A stretch of DNA of 64,000 nt from Lytechinus pictus (Eukaryota), in assembly GCF_037042905.1 (NCBI RefSeq), contig NC_087250.1, positions 22,570,001-22,634,000 on the forward strand. The letters run 5' to 3'. A model generated the notes under the pieces. That model searched no databases. It saw nothing but the letters and a program-made list of their open reading frames with translations, and was not told the DNA's origin. Both the position numbers and the translations under genes were made by a program. Below are positions 53,043-64,000 of this stretch, one piece after another (positions within the stretch are counted from its first letter, which is position 1; every line of letters begins with the position of its first letter).

Positions 53043-53079
53043 AATCTCTTGACATCTTTGAAGTTGTGAAAGTTGTAAT
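53043..53079 (+). other. Candidate 37-nt internal exon, probably 5' UTR of the downstream gene
   Basis: Long polypyrimidine tract plus CAG acceptor (53014-53042) and a GTAAGT donor at 53080. Confidence 0.5.
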
Positions 53080-54985
53080 GTAAGTATTGAATGTACAGCA
53101 ATTGTACACATATTTTATTTTTGTTATAATACTACCTGTATTTGAAAAAAAAGATGTATTGGCAGAATATAAACAATTTCATTTCTTTCCAAAATTATTT
53201 ATTTCACCCATAGTTTAAAGTACACGCATCATGCAGTTGTATGAGTTTTTATTGACCAAGTAAAAGATCTGGGCCCTGTCTTTCAAAGAGTTACGATTGA
53301 TCCAATCAATCGTAACTCTATGGAAATCCATCAGTGTCATAATTTTTTTCTACAGGAGATTGGCACAATGTCCTTTGTAAACAAAGAGGAGCACAGTGAA
53401 TTTTCAAGAAAACATTGAATGCATTCAGAACATACACATCATATTTCGAAAATATTTTGGACAAACATGCATAATACATGTTGACGTTGCTGGCCGTCCA
53501 TAGTTGCGATTGATTGGATCAATCATAACTCTTTGTTAGATGGGGCCCTTTATTCCCTTTTTACAGTGACCCATTTCATCACAAGTAATTAATTAAATGA
53601 TGGCATGGTATTGGTGATACTCGGCAAAATGGACTCTCGTAAATTTGCGCCCGATCTCCAACGAGTTGCAGATGAATGATGTGTCATGAGGGAAAAAGGA
53701 ATAGAATTGAGCCCTTTAAAAACATGGACAGATTAAATTGAAGTCGCCTTTCTTGATTTTGGATTTTCCCATTTGGTACATTGTACATGTACACGTAGCT
53801 CTCCATCTGAGGGTTTTCATACAAGGACCTAAAGCCTGTAAAGGAAGGATTGCAAAATTTTCTTTGCTTTGGAAGTACAAGTAGTAGTACATGTACCTTG
53901 TCATTACATGGCAATAGAAAGCATGTGAAGTGTCCAATGGGCTGTCCATGTTTAAAAAATTATCAGAGTGACTTCAAAATCAAGAAAATTTAAAATGAAT
54001 AGCCAGATCATTGGCTATTTATTAAGAAATAATCTGGTTTTAATGTGTATTGTTGAGTACACATTGTGCTGAAAAAGTCATGAAAATAACATAATAAGTG
54101 TTGTACTCGAACATTGTACCCAAACTTCCGAGCCCTCCACTTCTATTTTCATGGACTATTAAAAAGCTGGCCTCATGCACTCTACGCGCCGGTACATGGA
54201 GTCATGAACGTATAATGTATATGTAGCAAGACCAATGCTACATGTATATTGTGAAGTTGGTGAAATTTACTGTAATCTGTCATTCAGTGACACATCTCAA
54301 TGATTTCACGTTCATGTGAAAAGCCTGTACAGTGTATCCACATGTACACTGTTACTCCAGGGCGGTGTTACACAAAGATTTAAGTATGACTTAAGTCGCA
54401 CTTAAATGCCGACACGTACATGATATGCAACGCGCGATCTTATTGATAGATACGCAGTAGTGCACGTCCTCATGACACGTTCTGACCAATGCGGTCAAGC
54501 CTTTCATACCTTACGCAACTCGGTATTTAAGTGTGACTCTTAAGTCATACTTAAATCTTAGGTCATACTTAAATCCAGCTTCCCTGGCAGTGGCATCTCT
54601 GTCTCTGGCCCTCTTTCTCCTTGATTTGTTTTTTTCCTTGCTTTTTTTTTTAATCCATAAAATTCATCATTGGCTTTCTCTGGGATCACTTGTTTCTAGT
54701 GGGCAACCAACAGGTTTATACATTTCATTCATGAGCAAAGTCGTGACATTGGCAGGGAAGGGGTTGTTGCATTGAAAATTCTTCATTCTCCGTTGCAATA
54801 ATGTATCCATTGATGATGCAAGTAATACTTTAAAGATGAAGTAATCAATTAAAAAGGCAATTAATATGTGGGTAGATTACACAGATCAGATGACTCATGA
54901 ATGGAGTCATAGTTGTAAAGAGCTTTCACATGGTTTATTGGGCTGCATTTTGATCTTTTATTGCTATAAAGCTTTATGTTTAATA

Positions 54986-56429
54986 TAGGGCTGTTATCGA
55001 TAACGTCTTTATAGCTGGTCTTGTCGATTGCTTGTTTTTTGCCTCTTAGCGATATTGATAAACTTTCTCTGGTTGTTGATAATACCCGCGATAATGTAGG
55101 GACACAGCGATTTTCCACGATTTCAGTTCACGGGAATTCACAGAAACGGCCTTTTGAAAGTGGCTATTGAAATGGATAATCACGGAAAACATATTTTTCC
55201 TCAAACTGCACATAACTGTTTAAAACAGAAATTACTCCAAAATCTCATCAAAATACGAATACCTACTAGTCACAAAACACGATCTCACCCCCACTTCATT
55301 ATAATCATGACAATCCAAACATCGTGACTGCACTTGACTCCATTCAATCGAATCAAAACATCACAAGCACAAGTTCAGTTTTAGCAAAGTTCCAACTAAC
55401 GAAGAAGGCAGCACATGGCCGTGTGTTGCTGCAACCTACGTTTGAAGATGTACAGCACAATATCAAAATGGCGGATAGCCGAAAGACGTTGACTGTTCAG
55501 AACGATGTCCAAAAAGCCCAAAATAATCAATAAAACTTCATCCAACCCTAAAATAATGCTAATTTAAAGGACAAGTCCACCCCAACAAAAACTTGATTCG
55601 AATAAAAAGAGAAAAATTCAACAAGCATAACACTGAAAATTTCATCAAAATCGGATGTAAAATAAGAAAGTTATGACATTTTAAAGTTTCGCTTCAATTC
55701 ACAAAAGAGTTATATGCACATCCCGGTCGGTATGCAAATGAGGGAACTGATGACATCACTCACTCACTATTTCTTTTGTATTTTATTATATGAATTATTA
55801 AATATTTTGATTTTCTCGTCATTGTCATGTGAAATGAAGTTTCATTCCTCCCTGAATACGTGGAATTCCATTATTTTAACATTTTGTGGTTCAGGCAAGG
55901 AGGTCCTAATCGTCAAATTCGTAAAAATTGAAATATTGTATAATTCAAACAATAAAAAACAAAAGAAATAGTGAGTGAGTGACATCATCGACTCTCTAAT
56001 TTGGATGTAACTGGCTCGTTCATATAACTATTTTGTTAAAAATAAGTGAAACTTTAAAATGTCAGAACTTTCTTATTTTACATCCGATTTTGATGAAATT
56101 TTCAGCATTGTGCTTGTCTGATTTTTCTCTATTGATTCAAATCAACATTTTGTTGGAGTGGACTTGACCTTTAAAAGTGAGGATGTATTTTATGCTATAC
56201 GTTTGTTAAAAGATGTTATGTTATCATTTACATGTACATCCAATGAACATGGATTTTAAAGCGTTCTTGGTACAGTGGCCGATACAAATTTTGACCAACG
56301 CGAGTATGTGACATCGCTATAATGCATAAAAAATGCATATTGATTCTTTTGTCGATAGTTATCGATATTGTTGGTAAGATATTTTTAGCGAGACATCGAC
56401 AGAGATTTTTCTTAACGATAACAGCCCTA
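54986..56429. mobile_element. Non-autonomous hAT element (TIR TAGGGCTGTTATCG) with a nested Kolobok-like MITE at 55568-56170
   Basis: 8-bp TSD GTTTAATA at 54978-85 and 56436-43; the right copy is displaced by a CATGTA insertion. The nested MITE is flanked by TTAA. Confidence 0.85.
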
Positions 56430-57900
56430 CATGTAGTTTAATATTAAGGTCCCAAGAATTATTGAATTTAAAGAATAAAGATGGGATGATCTGATATTCC
56501 GTCATCTCAAGGTTTCTGAAATTACATACATGTACATGTACTTGGATCTACATGTTACTTTTTCCTATATTTTCTTGTTGGGGTCAGAATTCCTGATCAG
56601 AATTGGGTGATCTGGTAGTATGGATGTGAAGTCGTAATTACAGTCTCTACAATGAACCAGACAACCTTTAAACATTCTACTCTTATTGTTTTCTCCAAAT
56701 ACAAAAAAATGAAAGAAAGTAGAATAAGTTCAGTGTGCATCTGTCAAGTCCACCCCAGGAAAATGTTGATTTGAATCAATATAGAAAAATCAAACAAGTA
56801 TAATGCTGAAAATTTCATCAAAATCAGAATTATGTAAGATATTAAATTTTATATGCCATTTTTAAATATTCGCTTATTTTTCACCAAACAGTAATATATG
56901 CATGACTCAGTGACATGCAAATAAGAGATTAAATGATGTCCCTCTCTCACAATTTCTTTTGTTTTTTATTGTTTGAAATTTAAAAAATATAATTAAATTT
57001 TTACAGATTTGACAATAAGGACCAACTTGACTATTAAACTTAAAATGATAAAACACTGGTACATGTAGTTCCATGTGTTCAGGGAGGAGTGAAATATTGT
57101 TTCACAGGAAAATAGGGAGAAAAGTGGAATATTTCATATAATGAAATACAAAAGAATTACATGTAATGAGTGAGTGATGTCATCAGTCCCCTCATTTGCA
57201 TACAGACCAGGATGTGCATTTGAATATAACGACATGTATTTTGTGAAATTAAGCGAAACTTAAAAATGTTATAATTTCCTTATTTTACATCTGATTTTGA
57301 TTAAATTTTCAGTTTTATGCTGTTTCTCTTTTTATTCAAATCAACTCTTTGTAGGGGTGGACTATATAAAGAACATACTTTACATGTACATACTGTATAC
57401 AGTACATGTATGTAGTCTACACATTTGAATGAGCAGATTCTACAACATGTAGCATGTTGCAAATGAGTGTAAAATTAATTTACCTTTTATCGTACTACAT
57501 GATCATACATACAATATATTCTTCTTCCTTGCTTTAGTACATTTGAACATGTACATGTATGAGATCCCGCCCAATAATGTAGGGGCCTACATTATACAGT
57601 ACTAGCTTGAACATGAAACATGTTGCAGTGTATTAATGTACATGATGTACAATGTAAGCAATGCGCATGGTATGTATATTCGTCATCAATAGCAATTAAT
57701 ATACCATGTAGATAATGGATTGTCTGTGAGCAGATGGGGCTTGGCAGACGCTCCTGTTCGCATGCTGGAAACTCATTGTAGGTTCTACTTGGTTGGTTGC
57801 CCCTCCCCCTTTCACTCTGACCTGGGCAAGCATAAAGATGTTTGGCATGGATTATGGGCAACTACACATGTACAGTAACTGTGTATGACTTACACTGTAG

Positions 57901-58145
57901 CAGGGGCAGATCCAGGATTTTCCAAAGGGGGGGGGGGCACATTTTCCCCGAGGAAAATTTGACAAGCAAAAAAAAAAGTCCTCACTTGTGTATGAACAAC
58001 ATATTCCCATAAAAAAATATACATGTATGCTGTGACTTTCAAAAGGAGGGGCACTTGTGTTTAGAATGGCATATTTACATTAAAAATGTTGATTATGGCT
58101 CTCAAGGGGGGGGGGGGGGGCACGGGCCCCCTGTATCCGCCACTG
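57901..58145. mobile_element. hAT-like MITE (CAGGGGCAGATCCAGG ... TGTATCCGCCACTG)
   Basis: Imperfect TIR with poly-G subterminal tracts. Confidence 0.6.
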
Positions 58146-59647
58146 AAGTAAATTTCCTGATTAGCCACCCCCCAAAAAAAAAATCATTCCAAAAATGATT
58201 GGGATTGCCCCCCCTCCCCCATTAGACAAAGAAAAATGCAAGGGCACCATTTGTAATAAAACTGCCTGGACCCCGCCTGCATGGTTGATACTGTGACATT
58301 CATTCTGAAGAAATATAGGTCTACATGTACATGTAAGCCCTACACACATGTAATGTACAATGTAAACGCAGGGGGGTGGTACATGTAGTCTGCAAGCAAA
58401 GACTCATATTTGATTTTTTAAAGTACTATTATAAATCATGTCTAGAGTGAAGACTACATGTACTGTAGACTCCAAAGAAGAGAAAAAGAAAAAAAAAAGA
58501 ATAAGTAAGAAATATTTGAATTTTACTTTATATAAATATTTTTTTTCAAAGGAAACAACGTGAATAATACAATATTTATGATGGCGAAAATAGTAAAATT
58601 GACTGGTTGCCAAATAAAAAGAAGAACCCCCCCTCCAAAGTCTCTTTATGTGCCTGCAGAAGAGGGAAGTGGGAGGTTAGATTGCCTCTCCTGTAATACA
58701 CAATGATAATACAGAAATGATAATTATCAGCACTGCAGATGAATTTTATGATAGATACAGATATTTATGTGCATGCATAGTATATGCAGTAGGTTACAGT
58801 GTAGGATTTTAGGCTATTGTGCAGGCATAGACCCTTGTTTTTTGCAATTTCGCATAGTGCATAGTGCATAATGCAGAGTCTGAAGTAGTGAGACTAGATT
58901 CACTATGTACTATGACTGGCTGTACCACAGAGAGAGAGGGCCTTTTCACAAATGAATCTCGAATCATTATTGTAATGATTGCAATTCGTCTTTAATCATT
59001 GGACCTTTCACACGCTCACTCGAAAACTGATTTGAATTCAAATTCTCGAGCGAAGGCGGTATGTGCCCTTGGTGACTTCTTCTTCTTCTGGAAACAGTAC
59101 AGGCCACCGTCTGGTGTATTATTTGTCAATCAAAGCACTGCATCGCAAATACAAACTACGATGAGTGCATGACAGTTGTATATCTACGGAAGTGCTTGAA
59201 AGGTCACGTAAGCTCCGCCCCCAAAAAATGTTTTGGAGGTCAAGCCTTTCACACATAAAAATGTGTACCGTAATTTGAGTGAAACTTAACTGAAATTCAC
59301 CTCTGGAGTAGAATTTAAATTTGTGATTGTGATTAGCTTTTGTGATTCTAATCATGTTCTAATTTGGTTTCTCACATGCTAAAAATTCATCATTAGCCTT
59401 ATTTTTCATTGGAATCATCATTCAAATTACAATTTTGTTTACCTTGTGAAAAGGCGGAATGAGACTTTGGATTCAATGTAATTGTACAAACTGTATAGTC
59501 TTCACATTAGACATGGTTTCAGTTTAAAAAAAGTGTCAAATATGAGTCTTTTCTTGCAGACTACTTTACATTGGTAAATTGCCAATTCGTATACTGTAAA
59601 TTCTTTTCACTCATCATATGGTCTACATACACATGTACATACCTTCA

Positions 59648-61661
59648 TGTTGTAACCCGCAAGTGAAAACCCGAACCGTACCGTCCCGTATAATCCAATA
59701 ATTTGCAAGCGGGACCCGCTGACCCGTCGGGTTTTAACCCGCAAGTAAATTTATCTTTGAAAAATGAAAATTATTTCTGCAATCCCCACACTATACAGGC
59801 TCAAATCACGAAAATATATGCCAACTACTAACCTAGCCTAGAGTGAATTTACTTACAATTTGCAAATTCGCCTTTTATTCCGGAGAGAAAATGTTTTTGG
59901 GGTTACTTTGTACCCGAAATGGGTCGGCTCTGATCTCGTAATCGAAAGCATTGCGCAATTAACTCCTCGGATCGGAGCCGCAGCTCAGCGCGCGCTAGCT
60001 ACATGTAGCCCAGGCTGCCCAGCAAATTCGATGTTCAGTTTCCCGTCGCCCGCCCGCGTTATGAAATTTGGACCGCGTTTAAAAATCAAATTCTGAAAAT
60101 AATTCATTACTTTACTATTTTGACATAGATCTAGATTCAGAACTGATATAAAACATTAATATAAGCTTTTCAGTCACAATTACTTGTATATCATGTAAAT
60201 ACCTGTAATTCTTTTCTTGTTTTTTTTGTGTGAATGGAATGACACTGCATGCTCAACCACACCTCGAGCAATGTTCGTGCAGGCTCCACTCAACTTCACT
60301 TCTGCTACACTACGCTCTACCTACCCGATGTAGCGGTAGTGAAGTGGAGTGGAGCCTGCACGAACATCGCTCGGGGTTTGGTCGAGCTACCTCAATAAAT
60401 CCCATAGTCTAGTAACCTCGCATTGGTGAGTTGTCATACGGCATATCAGACAAAAAAATCATCAAACAAAACTCAATCTGTTTTACAAGGCCGACGGGAG
60501 GCTCACGCACGTACGCATTGGCGCTTGTACTAGCTAGCCAGTCTGAGCTCTGTCTCTCTGCCAGAGCTCTGGGGGACAATTCGCTCTGTAAAGGCCTCAA
60601 TGATGGTGATTTTATGTTTCAGACAGAGTTTATATTTCGGGAATATTATTCAAAACTGCCAATAAAGTTAGATGATTTCTTCATTGTCATGTATATTTAA
60701 GTTATTAATGAGTTCATTCTCACCAAATTTAGACTCCCCCATAGAGAAATGCAATTTTCGTGGAGATCTGCGTTTTCAAAGAACATCAGGAAAAGTTAGG
60801 GTTTGTGGGCCTTTATTACATGGCCAAGTACTGGAATTAGATGGAGTAGAAATTAGATATTGAATTCATTTATATCCAACTTCAACTCATAGTCACACCC
60901 ACACAAACACACCCACATCCAAGATTCTAAGCATGAAAAAAATAACTTTAAAATCATGCAATATTAAACAATAAGTAATAATTAATTTAATAAGTGAACA
61001 GGGATTCCTCAAAATACAAAAACGTAGCATTTGAAAAGAGCCCCCGAAATGAAAAAAGTAGCCTCCAAAACGGTAGAAATGGAGACCCTGAAATATTTAA
61101 AAAAAATGAAAATGGAACCCCCGAAAAAAAATGATTGATTTGCTCCCTGGCTTCAAGACAGTTCCACAGAATAAAAGTGCGTTCAAAGGTTACAAAAGGT
61201 CAAACTTTCATCTTCTGGAAAATAATGAATAATGAAATCCTCATTATGAGCTGGAAAAAATGGGACGGGAAACTCGACATCGAGTTTCATTGGCCTATGC
61301 GATTGCTTTTTACTAGACTGTGCTGCGCTGCACTGGCGCGCGCTCCTTCTTCGAAAGAGCAACTCGATGTATTTATGTCGAACTGTCTCAGTCCTGTCCA
61401 CTGTTCACAAGACAAAAATACGCCAGCATTTTTTTTAAAGGAAATATCTACGTCTCTAAAAGAATCCGCCACGTAAGAAGCACATGATCCTAACTCAATT
61501 TTCATTGTTAATGTTTTTATTAATATTATGCGTCGTTACTTCTCCCCTTTTTTTTGCATGACGGTCTGCGGGTTTGAGAATAAACTCGGCCCGGCCCGCA
61601 ACCCGCGATCGGGGGCATACCGGCAGGTTAACCCGTACCGCAACGGGTGCGGGTTACAACA
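59648..61661. mobile_element. 2-kb non-autonomous TIR element (TGTTGTAACCCGCA), 8-9-bp TSD
   Basis: TIR pair, ACCCGC/GCGGG subterminal repeats, and flanks ATACCTTCA / TTACCTTCA. Confidence 0.8.
60251..60387. repeat. 137-bp hairpin (palindromic mini-MITE)
   Basis: Arms ..GTTCGTGCAGGCTCCACTC.. / ..GAGTGGAGCCTGCACGAAC.. Confidence 0.75.
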
Positions 61662-62840
61662 TTACCTTCATAGTATAATGCCATTCCGTCCATCAACATT
61701 TTGTCTAGTAACCATTTGATCCAATAGCCATTTGTTACAATCATCACTTCGACTATGACCATTTCGTCTCATAACCAGTCGGTCTTATATCCAGTTTATT
61801 TTCTTTCATTTTGCCCAAATAACACATTGTCCAATTAGACCAAATGGTACAATGTATATGGACTTTTAATTGCATTTGGACCAACTGGTTATGAGACGAA
61901 ATCGTGAATGGATGAAATTACATGTACATGTAGACCATTTGGATAGTGGATGAACTGATGGTAGACCAAATGATAGTAGACGAGTTGGTAATTGGACGAA
62001 TTGGTATTAGACCAATTGAAAATAAACCGGTTAGAGTGCCTCTCCGGTATGTTGGTACAGAAATGACAGTTTTCAGCACTACAGATAAATGTTATGATAG
62101 GAGTTTAATAATATTATGCATGCAATACACATTGTACTGTGTACACTGCATACTCTTCCTGTACTAGCCTGGTAATGTAAACTATGAGGAGGACCATGGA
62201 TGGAAATAAGAAAAAAAAGTGATTTTCCATACCCTCTCTTAGCCCCATGACATTAAAGCTTGATGTTTCGTACAGCTTTTACCCCCCATCAAATTACCTA
62301 TACAGATGCCTCAAGGAAGTAATATTAAACACAGTCAGCTATTTAGCCAATAGGAGGATTCCTGTTGTAGGGAATAGTGAAAACGATGTCAGTTTTGAAG
62401 TTACTTTCAAGATATTACTTGTAGGCAGATAAATGGTCTGTGAAAAGGTTTGTTCTTCAGAGGCTCAATTTGCTAGTAGGTCCATGATTGTAGTCAATTC
62501 AATGAACTGTACATATGGACGGATGAAATTCATGTAAATGTACAGTACATGTATTTGGGCTGAACAGTTGCGTGTAGTCCTATTTGTAGGTTTTTGTGTA
62601 GTGCATGTGACTTTACAGCCCCCAAGTAGTTTATTTCTCATCATTTTGGTGATTTCAGAATACTCCAGTGTGTATTATCACGGGAATTTTTAAATTTTTA
62701 TCTAACCTGCATTTCCTCATAACTTTTTACTGTAATTTCGATCTCGTGACGAGACATTGCATAAATTTCTTTTGGAATAGGTACATGTAATTGTCAAGAT
62801 CTACAGTATGAGTTTAGACAGGCTGTGATCTTTCTGAAAT

Positions 62841-63232
62841 TTAAAGATAAATGCCAGTTGTGGTAACGATCTCAAAATGAGTTCAAATAGAATCCAATAA
62901 AATGACCACCCAGGTGTTTGTATGTAAATAAAGAATATGTGCCAAATACCTCTGGAAAAAATTCTGTAATTGCTGAGAAATGAGCAAAATAAGTACGGAA
63001 TTCCGTAAAACGTCAGGTATTTTTCCAAGCAATATTAATACACTGTCCCACGTATGCCTTTTTGTGTTAGTGATCATCAGAATTATTGGTTTTCAGCTAA
63101 GATTTCATAAAGAAGAGGTGATTTTTAATGTACCAGATCTAGATTTATGATAATATAGTGGCAATTAACCGTGATTTTAAAGACTTTCTCATGAAATAAT
63201 TGTTTGCTGCAACTTCTTTCTTTCACCTTTAA
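62841..63232. mobile_element. TTAA-flanked Kolobok-like element, intact relative of 19074-20734
   Basis: TTAAAGATAAATGCCAGTTGTGGTAACGATCTCAAAATGA ... CCTTTAA. Confidence 0.7.
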
Positions 63233-64000
63233 TGCTTCTTCCTCCCACCTGAAGAGTCAAGAAGTTTGAAGTGCAGGTTGGGACCTTCTTGAAATTTAAT
63301 ACTTGTTTCTTGAACCTGAAGAAGTCGAGACGTTTGAAGTACATATCCGTAATGAAAGCACTTTCACAGTGCTACATGATCTCAAGAATCATTATTAAGT
63401 GTAGGCTACTCATTGAATTTTTGGCATTAGTTACATTGCATCATTATCACAGTCTGAAAATATTCATTCATAATATAGATTCTTATTAAAAAGGCTCCAC
63501 ACTATTAAACTTCTTTTCTTGGTGGCCCGATCATTCCACAAAAATCATCAATTTTATATTTTTGGTGGCCCGCAAAGCAAATATGGTGGCCCTAAAAGTA
63601 AAACAATAGAAAACACTACAATTAATCAAAACTTTGGTAGCCCCACTGGGCCACCAAGTGTGGGCTTTTACAGAAGCTTGGTGGCTCGACTCTATTTTTT
63701 GGTTGCCCCGGGCCACTGATAATGTCGAGCCCTGCTTAATACATGTAGCTCAGATTTTATTCATATAATTTTTTTCTGTGCTAATAGTCATCAAGGAATA
63801 TTGTTTGAATCTTTTATTACTCTCAAAATATGAAAAGTTCCACACATACACACACAGTGCATTTATCTTCATCATTTTGAAGCAGCACTTTACTCTGGAA
63901 GAAGACGACGAAAATAATATCCCTCGCCCACTTTTTTTAAATTTCCTTCTTTATTCTTGCTTCTCTTTTCTGATGGGGCAGATGTTTGGCAATATGAACG

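Overview
AT-rich animal genomic DNA. The repeat families look like those of an invertebrate deuterostome such as a sea urchin, but that is inference. There are no prokaryotic features. The left half holds a complete 10-coding-exon MFAP1 gene on the + strand (ATG 1001, stop 29162, about 499 aa), with GT-AG introns and consistent phases. Its 17.5-kb third intron is mostly stacked DNA transposons. These are an Academ-like element with ~1.3-kb TIRs carrying a decayed Gypsy pol, a 184-bp CAGGG MITE, and an 8.4-kb PIF/Harbinger element with an intron-split transposase pseudogene; all three sit in one copy of a 53-bp tandem repeat. The MFAP1 3' UTR is built from about 7 progressively decayed tandem copies of the last coding segment. 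The rest is SINEs, MITEs and microsatellites, plus what is probably the 5' non-coding part of a second + strand gene (from ~39.2 kb). The most unusual signal is a dense field of TA-duplicating micro-insertions (TA to TACATGTA and related TA-NNNN-TA palindromes) from ~41 to 64 kb. Several can be shown to be insertions by comparing repeat copies within the window, and they resemble Tc1/mariner excision footprints.
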